A stretch of 63,400 bases of DNA, the filler included, from Dugesia japonica (lineage: Eukaryota), in assembly GCA_001938525.1 (NCBI GenBank). It is 6 parts of 6 records of this genome, joined end to end, with 100 filler letters (N's around TTAATTAATTAA, not from the genome) between each part and the next. Parts side by side here need not be neighbours in the genome. Positions count along the whole stretch, not along the records: positions 1 to 9,866 come from MQRL01635696.1; positions 9,967 to 19,527 come from MQRL01590365.1; 4 more parts are not named here. One strand, 5' to 3'. The notes under the pieces are model-generated. The model was not told where the DNA came from. It ran no database searches and saw only the letters and a list, made by a program, of their open reading frames with translations. Positions 1 through 11,174 of this stretch are shown here, in pieces (position 1 is the stretch's first letter; each line of letters opens with the position of its first letter). Position numbers and translations under genes: made by a program.

Positions 1-1205
1 TGAAATACCGGTATTTAATACAGTATAGAATTGACCGGTATCCCGGTATTGGATTCCATAGTTGTAACTTATTTGTTTAACTAATCTTTTTATTTTAATT
101 TATTATTTAGAATATTCAAAAAAGAAATAAGAGAGCATATTGTTGAAGAATTGACAAACGTTACAAAACTTTACATGTAACAAGTAAATGAAAACCCTAG
201 TCAAATGATGATCGAATGGATAAGCACGAAAGACGGTAATAATTACAACAGAGCAATCTTAGTAACAGATAATCGACTAATCAAAATAAGAGCTACCAGA
301 AAATATTTATTTGAAAATGACGTTTGGAATTTAAAGTTTTGTTATAAATATTTTAATCATAAGTGTTATTATGAAAAATATTATTATTATTATTATGAAA
401 ATAAGATTCTTACTATCAAAAATATTATCATTATTATCAAAAATAATAATTATTATCATTATCATTATCATAGTAATGATCTATTATAATAAAAATATAC
501 TTATTATTATTCTCAATTATCAAAATTTAGTTATCAAAAAGACTTGTAAAATTCTCTAAAACTAAATATAATACATAAAAACAACTAATAAAAAAAGGAA
601 ATCATTAAAATTAAATAAAACTAAAGTTGAGTTTTTTCCTCAAACATATCTAAGTAAGATATTTGAGCATCATTTTTAGTCATATTAGCAAAATTCAAAT
701 GCATAAAAGTAGTGTCATTTATATTCATAATCCTCATTCTCATTAAAATTCGTTTGGAAAATTTCATCATTTCTAGTGATATTCTATAAATAATAATAAA
801 ATTTTTATAAAAAATATGAATAAATTACGTTATCCTCAACCTCGTTTCTAACTGTCTTCATTGTAGAATTATTGATATAATTGTTGTTGATCATTGTACT
901 GCAAAATAAATTTAAAAACAATAAAAAATAGTTAAAAAAATTTACGTTTATTCTTAAATTGAAAAAGCGAAATAATCATAAAGGTAATTACATTTTATTC
1001 AAATGTGTGTAAATTAGTCAGCATAATCATTTACATAATCATTTCTATACGAATCACTATGTGCATGTATGAATTCAAAAATATTGTAACATAATATGTT
1101 TAATTATTTTTCGATTTTAAATACCGCAACGTAATAAGTTAGTTGCACATGAAATGCATTGGTTTTACATTACCAATAAATAACAACAAATCTATTTAAT
1201 TTTGA

Positions 1206-1560
1206 TTAAAAACATTTTTTCATATAACAATATTGATATTTCAACCACAATAAGCAATGCCGTCCATAAGTTGTTGTAAGTGGATCTTGAAATCGAACTT
1301 GAATATAATAGGCTTTAATAATCTTGAAAGCTACAAGACCAACATTGGTGGATAATAAAATCCAAATGGATCAAATACCAGTATATTTTCTGTCTTATTG
1401 TACACTGCTAGCCATTGTTCTCCACTGAGATTTGATGATTGGGTATTTACAATTATGGCTTTTGTGACTGGTATAAATGGAAGCTTGTCCAATGGATACA
1501 CGCCAGGAAAATCTGATCCAAGCCATTTTCTAGCAATTTGATTTATCTCAATTGAACAAT
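1206..1560 (-). pseudogene. Adenain-like cysteine protease (Polinton PRO), disrupted
   Basis: FPGVYPLDKLP...IIVNTQSSNLSGEQWLAVY...VFDPFG, then stop/frameshift and QDPLTTTYGRHCLLWL; catalytic His reads Q and catalytic Cys reads Y. Confidence 0.9.
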
Positions 1561-1632
1561 TAAAAATCAAATCAAAGTAATAACCAAAACTTACTTCATT
1601 TTGGTCAGCTATTTTCATGATATTGAGAATGT

Positions 1633-2170
1633 TTACATTTGCCTTGCTCTTTATGATGTAATTTGGGTTTCGTTTTCAAAAACACCGTAGATTATTACAT
1701 ATGCTGGTGTAGTCAAAGCATTCCCAAATTTTTTATCCAACCTCATATTCCATTGCTGGGGCAACTAACTCTGTTTAGTATCGAAATCTGGAGCAAGTAC
1801 AAAGGTAAAGAATAGATATTCGTTTTTGAACATCTCAAGTGTTATTCCACAATTCATAATCTTGTTTAGATATCCTATATTTCTAACTACCGATTGCATG
1901 TATGATAATCTGTAATTATCATTTTCAAAATCTTGAATAAATAATTCTCTATTTTATTCTATTATTCTATTTTTTGAAAGAGGTATGGNTTTGACATTGA
2001 AATGATCAAAATTCGAGATGGATGTTTTAAATTGTCCATTATATCAATCTCTGCTTTGAAATTTTACCAACAAAATATTTGGTAATCGACAATCTCCAAA
2101 GATTAATTTTTTTATAAAACGTTAAACTATCTTTACTTGAATGCTTGCGCTTTATTCTGGGGAAGCCATA
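1633..2170 (-). pseudogene. Polinton major capsid protein, C-terminal part
   Basis: FGDCRLPNILLVKFQ, NCGITLEMFKNEYLFFTFVLAPDFD, NMRLDKKFGNALTTPAYVIIYGVFENETQI; homologous to 24080-24250; stops and frameshifts. Confidence 0.85.
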
Positions 2171-2174
2171 AAAT

Positions 2175-2285
2175 CTTTGAATTCAGTCATAGCATTTGTT
2201 TTGAGAGAAGGTAAAATATATGCTTTATTATTTATTACATGAATTGCTGTTTTTATACCAATAGCTCCAATACGTCTAAGAATTT
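2175..2285 (-). pseudogene. Fragment of basic core-like ORF that precedes the MCP
   Basis: ILRRIGAIGIKTA...ILPSLKTNAM aligns with ILKRIGSFGMTTA...IVPTLKSNAI of 25165-25386. Confidence 0.7.
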
Positions 2286-2289
2286 GCAA

Positions 2290-2700
2290 ACAAATAAACA
2301 AAATAGGATTTGGAAAACATTTATTAAACAAAATCTTGAACAGTTTTTATCTTTCAAATAGGCTAATTGTATTGTTATATCTTTTNAATTCTTTGAATAT
2401 TACAGCTATCAAATACTTTTTATCACTTGTATAACTATTTTCATTCGATTCCTTATCATTTATAAATGGTGCATCATATATTTTTTACATATTATCAATT
2501 CTTGATAAAAGATTGTTGATTATTGTCTTATCCTCTAAACTGATTTACAATATTTGCATACTGAATGGACATCTTTTCAGTTTAACCGGATCCTAAATTA
2601 TAATAATAACAGTAATAATAGTTACAAAATTTACTTGGAATGCTTAAATAATCAGCTTTAGGAAGAAATTCATCTTGAAATGATAATAATCTCAGAATAC
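2290..2700 (-). pseudogene. Polinton accessory ORF X, intron-containing, unknown function
   Basis: GT-AG intron 2593-2634; 3' end (2290-2420) is homologous at DNA level to 29305-29435 (+). Confidence 0.55.
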
Positions 2701-3099
2701 CTGAAATTTTTTATGTATTTTTTCGACCAATCAAAATGCTCAAATTTTCAGCACATTTTTTCAGTACATTTGGTAGGCAGGTGGCAATGTGCGCTAGCAT
2801 ATATCTACGTAAAACCTTTAAACAAATTTTCCAAAATTGTATAATATTTTTACGATTCATTTTTAAGTTCAATTTGTCATTTATGATAAAATTTGTTAAA
2901 GTTCAATTCGTTACTTGCGATAAAATTTGTTATTTATCATTTATTAATTTATTGTCAAATTATCGATTTTGGAACTATCAATTTAAAATTAATTATTAAA
3001 ATTAAAGGTTAATTTTATTCAATTTACTAAAAAAATTATGTAAATATTTATTTTTTTATATTACTTATGAGAAAATGTTTTATTTTTCATGATAATCTT

Positions 3100-6000
3100 T
3101 ATCACGTTTTTTACTCGTTGACATACGAGTAAGAATTAGTATAAATACGTATGTAAATCCATTATTTTTTGCCCTAGTCTGAATTCTCAAAGATGTCTAA
3201 TACTTCTCTATTAACAGATCTCTAGAAAAAAATTAATGTTTGCAATTTGATAATAAAACTTGTATTTGAAACATTAAATTTTAATAAAATTTTGAAAAGT
3301 AATTTCTCGTTTATATTAAATAAGGATACTATATAGCTTGTTTATACGCATATTATTTTATATATTAAATATATTAGGATATAAGAAAGCAGTTATCACA
3401 ATATTTATAAGTAAGTACTTATCGGATTTCATTTTTAAATAACTCATTTGAACTCACGTAAAAATCGTTGATTTGCCTTTGCGAAATCCAAAAGACATCT
3501 CAAAAAATTGTTCTCCGAGTGAAGAACCAATCTATAAAAATTAAAATTTAAAAAACTAAATAAAGGTTGAAATAAAGATAAAATTTTGAAACATAATTTT
3601 GAAAGAGCTAAATTTTCAGTGATAAAGTATTGTGAGTAGTTTAGAAGCAAGTTAACATTTTTTGTGCTCTGGTTGGAAATTGTGTTTTAAAAAAAATTCA
3701 AAATCACAATTAATTAAGAAGTTAAAATAAATTAAAATTTTTGTAAATGTCAATTTTGTTTTGAAAGTTCAGAAGATTTTAAATGATAATTAAATAGCAA
3801 GTGATTTTGTTTTGGAAAGTTTATGAAAGTTTTTGTGAAAATTTTAAAAAATATATTATTACAAATGATAGTTCTTTGTTTTGAAATTTCGAAAAAACTT
3901 TTAAATTATATGTTAGTACGAATGATCATTTATTTTTGTTTTAAAAGGTCATGAAATTTTTTTNAATTTGTTTGTTTAAACGAANAATGATAGATATAGT
4001 TTTTATTTTAATAAATTTATTAAGTTGAATTCTGATGTTAATGATTCGAGGAGTTTTCCAAACTCGCCTAACAAGTATAATTCTAAAAGATTAAAATAAA
4101 ACTATTTTTTATAAGTTTATATTTCTGAATAAAGTCTTGATAGTGATAAAATATAGTTAAAATGAAACTTGATTTTTGAAATAAATTTTTGATTAGTAAA
4201 TTGAAACGAAATTCACATATAGTTCCCATCCCAGCGAATAAAATTTAAAGTAAAAGAACCCAAACATGCGAAAATTTTTAAGAATTTAAAAGTAATACGT
4301 AACCCTGCGGTTCAATATTTTTCATTGGATAACGATTTAAAATTATTTAAAGATTCTTCTAATAGTCAGGTATTTAATAATTTTACACAAACACAAATAT
4401 TTAATAAATAAATTGAACATAACATATAATACAAACAATTGATACAGATGATAATCTTAGATATAAATTAAGAAGCAGAGATATAATTATGGCACATAAA
4501 GAAAAAGATAATATAAATAAACAAAAAAACGGTTTTAATATAGCACCTGGATTTAGTTTTGGCGACAGAAATAAATTGAATATATTATCGATAAAAACGT
4601 ATTCCTAGAAACCCGAGGAATTTGATGAATGTTTTGAGAAAATGTCCTTTTGTGCGATAGCGTGTAATTGGAAAAATGAGGAATTTGTTAAAAAACTACG
4701 GTTGTATTTAAAAGACTTTGCACTACAAAGTTAAAAAAATTAATAGGTCCACCAAATATTTTAGTTGATTTAATAAAAGAACTTTAAAAGCTTATAATAG
4801 TTCCAATAGAATTGGAAAGATCATGTATACAAAAACTTTGAAATAGGATGCAAGGAACTACAAAGACTTTAGGTGAATATTTATACGATTTAAGAAAATT
4901 AGCTAAAATGACCTTTGGAGAAGGTGATAATATTGAACACGTTATAGAAAAACACTTCCTGAGTGGAATACATAGTTATATAAAATCTGCTCTGATAGCA
5001 GTAGAGTACAAAGATATTGAGGAATTGATGACAAAAGCCCGAAAGATTAAAGACAACTATAATTATAAACCTAAAGATAAGTAATCTATGCAATATAAAC
5101 CACATTATCAAATGATAGAAAACCCTACGCAATGGGGTGATATGAAATGAGCATACCAAGATAACCAAGATAATAAAAAATAATTATACTCATCACAAAA
5201 ATAAATATAATAAAAATTCCAGTCCAACGAGGTAGTATAAATATATAGATACTCCATAGAAGAGTTATATGAATAGAAATTCCAGTCCAAGGAGAAACCG
5301 GAATAATAATTATAATAAAGGCTACAGAAACTTGAGACCAAGATTTAACAATAGGGAATACAACCCCAAAAGAGAATCTGAATCAAACTATAGATATAAT
5401 AGAAGCCCAAGAAGAAACTTTAACGACAGAAATAACAGTAATGAACAAAGGAAAAATCTACATTATTCAAATGAAGAGAGAGATTAAGTAAATAACAGAG
5501 GACATATAAAATGTTATAACTGTAACAAATTTAAACACTTAGTCAGAGAGTGTCGAAGCCAACAGCAAAATCCCTGAAGTATAATAAAGAAAGAAATGTC
5601 ACTTGGACCATAAACTAAAGACGTAAATGTTATTAAAGTAGCTCAAAACGATGAACTCAAGAATATAAAAGCGAAATTACAGGAATTGCNCACCAGATGC
5701 AAAAGGATGCAAGACAGACAGCAAAAAAAAATTAACATGAGATAAATACTNACAAATCAGTTAAAGTAGATCTAGATNAGAAAGTAGCTGAAAGCAAACA
5801 AAAGTCGATGATAGAAAGTTTAAACCACGAAATGATCAACGATAATATAAACAAACTTAGATTGATACAATATCTAAAAGACATGATCGAATACCCCATA
5901 AAATATCGTGAACTGAAAGTATTATAAACTCCATTAGTAAAAGTAAAAGACAGAATAGAATTTGATGAGAGTCATAAAATAATAAATGAACTGATAAAAA

Positions 6001-7050
6001 ATTATAGTGAATTTATTAAAGCTAACAAAAATTGACAGAAACCCATAAAAGTACAAGTCTCCATAGAACCAAGTAGTTGCAATATAAAAGCTTTAATAAT
6101 AAGCCCTCAAGCGCTTACTAAAACAGAAAAATTACGAAAGATAATAAGAGCAAAATGACTGATAACATTAAAAAAAGACGATGAGATAAAACTATACTTC
6201 TATAATGAGGAGTTACTTGAAAACAACAGACTAATGGAGTATGGGATTATTCCTGAAAAGGATAACCATGTGAGAGTCAAGATAGTTAATAAATTATCCC
6301 AGGGACAGCAAGAAGCGATGAATTAAATATTAGATCTTCTAGAACAAGATATTGTAGAAAAGATAAAAGATGAAAGCGAAAAGTTACATATTCCACCTAA
6401 GAAACTATTTGGAGAACCAGAATCTCCAACAGACAATCAACCAGTTCCAACAGAAAATAAAATTTGATCAGTTCAAATAGAAAATACTAATCAATCAGTT
6501 TCAATAAAAAACATAATTAAAAACGCAGAACCAAAGATATCAAGACATCCAGATGAACCAGGTACTAAAAATGAGGAAACTACAAGAAGATCAAGAGGAA
6601 GACCAAGATCAAGTAAACCATCACCAATAAGAAACCAGGTAGATCGACTAATGAACAAAGCAGAAGCATTTGGCCATGCAAAAGAAAAATAATTTAAATA
6701 ATTTAATTCGAGATCTCATAATATTAACGAATATTGAACTTTTCGATATAGTAAGAATAAGCGAGCGAGCCAAATTGATATTGTTAGATATAGAAGTTGT
6801 AAAAAGACGCGTTAAAGAAATAGCAGAAACAAACAATGTTGACGAATTTAAGTAATAAAAGTTTTACTAGAAGATGGAATTGATTTAAATAAAGCAATTA
6901 TCACAACATTATTCATAAATAAATAAATAGAGAACCTGTCAATACTTATCAGCAAGAAAACGATGTTAAAAATTTGATCAATAGAAATAAAATTAAAGGT
7001 AATCTTTTATAAGTACAGTGATACTAATAATAACTTTATTATTAGACTTA
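3100..7050 (+). mobile_element. LTR-retrotransposon remnant (gag plus downstream degenerate ORF, no recognisable pol); boundaries approximate
   Basis: Gag above; possible LTR end ...TTAACA at 3657 followed by weak PBS-like TTGTGCTCTGGTTGGAAAT; degenerate TTTGTTTTGAAA repeats 3680-3960. Confidence 0.5.
4490..5575 (+). pseudogene. Ty3/gypsy-type Gag (capsid domain plus CCHC zinc knuckle), disrupted
   Basis: QGTTKTLGEYLYDLRKLAK...HFLSGIHSYIK (retrotransposon gag motif), N/R-rich linker, CYNCNKFKHLVREC (CX2CX4HX4C) at about 5512-5553. Confidence 0.85.
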
Positions 7051-7244
7051 GCAAGAGGTAAAATCGCTATATTAGCTTACGCTATACTAGCTATATGAGC
7101 TTTCGAGTAAGTAAACAATGTCAATTCAAGGTCAATTCAATAGTATACAATTTTGAAAGTCCAAAATCTAGGATAGCTGATATATTATTAAATACTTTTA
7201 CAATTATAGTTGTGTAGAACTCTTATAATATTACTCATATGTGA

Positions 7245-7400
7245 GTTCTAATAGATTTGTATAAATTAGCAAGAGTAGTCCACTGTTGGTTTGAACCAAA
7301 GTTATTTCCTGCTTTAAGACAGGTAAAATATAGACTTTTATGTGTAAATGTGTACTTAATAAAAAGAGTAATACTAAAACCTATTGGCAATGATGAATAA
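7245..7400 (+). pseudogene. TBP-like protein, C-terminal repeat fragment (second copy)
   Basis: Manual translation VLIDLYKLARVVHCWFEPKLFPALRQVKYRLLCVNVYLIKRVIL aligns with INLYTLARITKCMYEPELFP-x18-KVIILG of 29550-29795. Confidence 0.75.
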
Positions 7401-8562
7401 TTAATTTTTAAACAATTGTATTGGTGTTCGATTTGTGACCGAATGCAAACGGGTAGAATAACTGCTTCCGGAAATGCATATGTTGAATCGAGCTTGGCAT
7501 AGTTAAAACTATGTAAGCTGTTCGATAAGTTCAATTATAAACGATTTTGAACGGATGCTAACGGATTACAACTTAAAACCGGATCTAAATGGTCAAAATA
7601 ATTACTGCGCTGTACATCGTCGGAAGATGCAATGTAATGATACGCAAGGAACACAAGACTGTTACTGAAACAATGCATGAAAATAATTAATAATTATTAA
7701 TAATTTATTGATTTAAACTATTAACTTATAAAAAATTAATTAATGTCTTATTCCATATACTCTCCTCTTTGAAACTTCTATAACTTAAATACATTTGAGC
7801 ATATATATTTAGACTCTCCTGATCATTTTAGACAGCTAAAATCATTAAAATATACATATAACTCACTTTTGCAACACAAAAGTTGCATGCATGCAATACA
7901 CAAACACGTCTGAAAACTTAGACTTCCGAACTAAATTTCAAAAAACTCCCCCCCATCTTTTGAAACCATGATTTTCAAAAATTCCCAGACATAAAAAATA
8001 CAACAAACTCAACACCATCACCTATTCCAATTCTCCTTCTTTCCAACAAACCCAAATTCCCTCAAAATCCTCCAAAAACTCAAAACACCACACTCCTTTT
8101 AATTCAAACGCACGATAACTCATCTCTGTAATCTCTAAAAACATTTTAGCTCATAGTTACATTTGTTGGAATGAAACACCTAGTATAGAAAATGAAAACA
8201 GCAATAGGTAAACTCGCAATTTGAAAGCATATCACAAGAAATGAAAACGAAGAATCCATACAAATGAAAGACACAGCTCAGTTAAAAAAGAAATAATTAA
8301 AGAGGAAACTTGATTAGGGAACTTAAACTTAGGAAATAACCAGCAAAATCTATAATTACAGCAGGAAACAACTCGAAAATAAGAAAGCCAAAGAAGAAAA
8401 GAAGTAATAAAAGCTATTAGCAGAACAAAGAAAATAATGAATAGCAATAAGTTCATTAGACAAAATTAGAAAATCAAATTGAATTAATTATTAAAGAAAG
8501 AGAAAATAAACTAAATGAATTAAATAGTGGAAGAAACGACGAAATTAAATTAATTCTAGATA

Positions 8563-9217
8563 AGAAAAGAAAGAACGAACATCAAATTAATATCTAAGAA
8601 AAAAATAAAATAAATCATACAAATCAAAATGATTTATTTTAAAAAAGAAAATTAAATTTATACAAAAATATAAGAAAATGAAGACTTCCCATTGAAATAA
8701 AATTAGCAATTAAGAAAACTATAATCAAGAAAAAATCGAAGATTTTGAAAGTCCAGGTTAAAAATCTATAGCAAGACTAAAAAAGAAGACACAAGGGTTT
8801 GAGTATTGACCAATAAAACTCCAGTAATTTCGGAATTCCAAAATATAAATACCGATGAAATTTTTCAGCAGAAGAACAATAAAAATACTGAAACCGAACT
8901 CTGAATAAAAATCTCTAATATTACAAAACTGTAATTATTTCACTACTTGGTTTTGTGCAATGGTTTCCGACTGGAATAACATATGGAAGATTATGGAAGA
9001 CACTTCGAGTTAATAATAACTACCGTGGAGATGTCTATTCAAGGTTTTTGCTTGCTCCGAATCGGGATACAGACCATGTTAGACCAGAAAAGAAAATACG
9101 AACGTCAAATTAATATCTAAGAAGAAAATAAAATAAATCATACAAATCAAAATGATTTATTTTAAAAAAGAAAATTAAATTTATACGAAAATATAAGAAA
9201 ATGAAGACTTCCGATTG
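8563..9217 (+). repeat. About 130-bp direct duplication (8563-8694 and 9086-9217)
   Basis: Near-identical copies from AGAAAAGAAA to GAAGACTTCC. Confidence 0.9.
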
Positions 9218-9599
9218 TAATTACTGGTTAACAAGTGAAAGTTAACAATTAAAATATATTTTTCACTTGATAAATTCTTTTGCTTAAATAACAATAAATT
9301 TAACCATAAACTCTCATAATGTATTTATTATTAAACCGAAGGTATTAAATAAATTAACTGAGCTAAACCTTTTTAAACATTTTTAAAAAAATGAAAAATA
9401 AAAACAAAATTTAAATTTCCCGCAAAATTTGGCTATTAATTAAATCAAAAAAATTTCTGATTTTGATAAGATCCGATCATTTAATTCTATCAAAATCTAA
9501 TGAGATAAAAAAATTTTAAAACATCAATCAGATCAGAAATTAATAATCAATCAAAAAGAAAATCAATAAATGCGCAATAACTCATACGGTCGTAAACCA

Positions 9600-9747
9600 C
9601 AGTTGTAATCTATTTTTGCTAAGAGAGAAGAGGGGATAAAATTTTTTTTGACCAATAAAATTTCAAGGTCATTCAAAATGGACGATTCTGATTGTTCAAA
9701 GATTGACCAATCAAATAAGTGAAGTCATCCGCTTACATCTACCTATT
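9600..9747 (-). repeat. Polinton-family terminus (TIR end)
   Basis: rc AATAGGTAGATG matches the right end of 14246-18788 for 11 nt; CCAAT motifs lie inside. Confidence 0.55.
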
Positions 9748-9866
9748 TATTTGACTATTTGTTCATTATTGCAGCATTATTGAACTTTATTATAGGTTTA
9801 TTATTATAAAACCTGAAGTGTGTTATCCCTCACCAGGATATTAAAGAAATTTTTTATCATTGATAT

Positions 9867-9966
9867 NNNNNNNNNNNNNNNNNNNNNNNNNNNNNNNNNN
9901 NNNNNNNNNNTTAATTAATTAANNNNNNNNNNNNNNNNNNNNNNNNNNNNNNNNNNNNNNNNNNNN
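9867..9966. other. Artificial contig linker 44N-TTAATTAATTAA-44N (also 19528-19627, 29205-29304, 42715-42814, 51658-51757)
   Basis: Five identical 100-bp spacers with stop codons in all six frames. Confidence 0.97.
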
Positions 9967-10188
9967 TTATTTTATCTTTCGATGCTTCTGGAATTGTAAT
10001 TTCAATTTTAAAGTATAATAATGAATTGCAAATGTCAAGTAAATTTGTAGATTGTAGATTGAAGATTGAAATACAACGTCAACACTTGCATTTAAATTAT
10101 TTATCGAACCTGATGATGGTGAAATTTTAAGTATATCATTTTTTATTAATGTTTGTGAAAATTCAATATTATTATCTAAATCTATCAT
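9967..10188 (-). pseudogene. Probable double-jelly-roll capsid N-terminus of a second Polinton-like lineage; frameshifted and cut by the contig end
   Basis: ISPSSGSINNLNASVDVVFQ, then after a frameshift near an AATCTAC duplication NLLDICNSLLYFKIEITIP; resembles the P-x-x-G-x-x-LN...SYL pattern of Polinton MCP N-termini. Confidence 0.5.
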
Positions 10189-10328
10189 ATCTCTTTCTTA
10201 AAGAAATTTTTTAGTGGTGTGTTTTTTTTACTTGCGTTACTATAAACCTTACATTACATTACATTACTGCATAGTGTATGCTCCTTTCATTTTAAGAAAA
10301 AAATCATCATAATCAATTTTATTACCAT

Positions 10329-10568
10329 TTATTTTTTTTTAATTGGTGCTTTCTTTTCAAATCTATCAATTACAGAAATAAAACTTCCATGTGAATTTCT
10401 TTGTAAATTTCTAGAAGGATCCCATGATCTAGTGTTATATTCAATGTTCCAATTATTTAAATATTCTTTTACTGTTTTCTCATTAACATTATTAACTTTA
10501 CAAAACTTTTGTATTGAGTTATTTTTAAAATTATAATCATTTAACATTTTATAGAAACCTGTATCCAT
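10329..10568 (-). CDS. Small virus-like ORF, possible helix-turn-helix protein
   Basis: Intact 79 aa; SIQKFCKVNNVNEKTVKEYL has HTH-like spacing; 5-nt gap to the upstream ORF. Confidence 0.5.
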   Translation of the reverse strand: MDTGFYKMLNDYNFKNNSIQKFCKVNNVNEKTVKEYLNNWNIEYNTRSWDPSRNLQRNSHGSFISVIDRFEKKAPIKKK

Positions 10569-10573
10569 TTTTA

Positions 10574-10942
10574 TTATTTAAATTTAGCATAAGCTCTATC
10601 TACTCCAGTAATTTCCTTTTTAGCTGGTATGCGATTTAATTTATCTATTGAAAGATTTTTAGTTTTTGCTTCCGCACTTAAAACAGCAAAACGTTTAGCG
10701 GTTAAATTTAATTTTTTACTTTTATCTTCTGAATGAATTACCATAGTAATATCATTAACTATTGGTGCTTTTAATTTTTGTTTAAATTGTAATAAAACCT
10801 TATTATGTTCATCTCTCTCTTTTTGCCAATAATCGTACATTTCATTTATAGCGTTTATATAAGCATTTTTCTCAGTAATTAATGATTCAACTAATAAACC
10901 ACGACTTTCACTTTCTACATATTTTGTAATAATTAAAGTCAT
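10574..10942 (-). CDS. Hypothetical 122-aa protein in packed virus-like cluster
   Basis: Intact intronless ORF; ATGA start/stop overlap with 10939-11160. Confidence 0.6.
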   Translation of the reverse strand: MTLIITKYVESESRGLLVESLITEKNAYINAINEMYDYWQKERDEHNKVLLQFKQKLKAPIVNDITMVIHSEDKSKKLNLTAKRFAVLSAEAKTKNLSIDKLNRIPAKKEITGVDRAYAKFK

Positions 10943-11160
10943 TTTTTTTTAAATAAACTTTTATTTTCTTCTTCTAAATGCATTTTATCTAATTTTTCAT
11001 ATAATTCTCGAAAATAATCTAAATGACGTTTTGCAGTTTCATGTGAAAGTTCAGAATTTAAATATTCTTTTATTTCATCTAAATTTGACTCATCAAAACT
11101 TTCAAAACTCTTTATTGAATTTACTAACTTTTTCTTGTGGAATAACTTTTTTCTGTGCAC
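10939..11160 (-). CDS. Hypothetical 73-aa charged helical protein
   Basis: Open frame overlapping the next ORF by 4 nt; start codon is non-ATG and uncertain. Confidence 0.45.
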   Translation of the reverse strand: MHRKKLFHKKKLVNSIKSFESFDESNLDEIKEYLNSELSHETAKRHLDYFRELYEKLDKMHLEEENKSLFKKK

Positions 11161-11174
11161 TCATTTTCTATAGA

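Larger units (their letters stand above)
110..2813 (-). mobile_element. Polinton/Maverick remnant A with several internal deletions (terminus - spliced ORF X - core-like fragment - MCP C-term - protease - spliced ORF)
   Basis: Collinear minus-strand fragments homologous to copies B and C; degenerate terminus (rc TTTACGTAGATATATGCTAGCGCAC) at about 2790-2813; left boundary uncertain. Confidence 0.8.

Noticed and set aside
1-60. ATACCGG-rich segment similar to 63300-63400, suggesting the window is one large element
   Set aside because: The two ends are on different contigs; at most separate copies of a small DNA-transposon end
371-559. Ile/Asn/Tyr-rich ORFs, and the Ser-rich ORF at 22357-22743
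   Set aside because: Products of ATT/ATC microsatellite-like sequence or antisense to the acidic pPolB leader
7235-7534. 99-aa minus-strand ORF in the ORF track
   Set aside because: Antisense shadow of the plus-strand TBP-like remnant; no recognisable motif
9911-9922. Recurrent palindrome TTAATTAATTAA
   Set aside because: Always centred in 88 Ns; it is an assembly spacer
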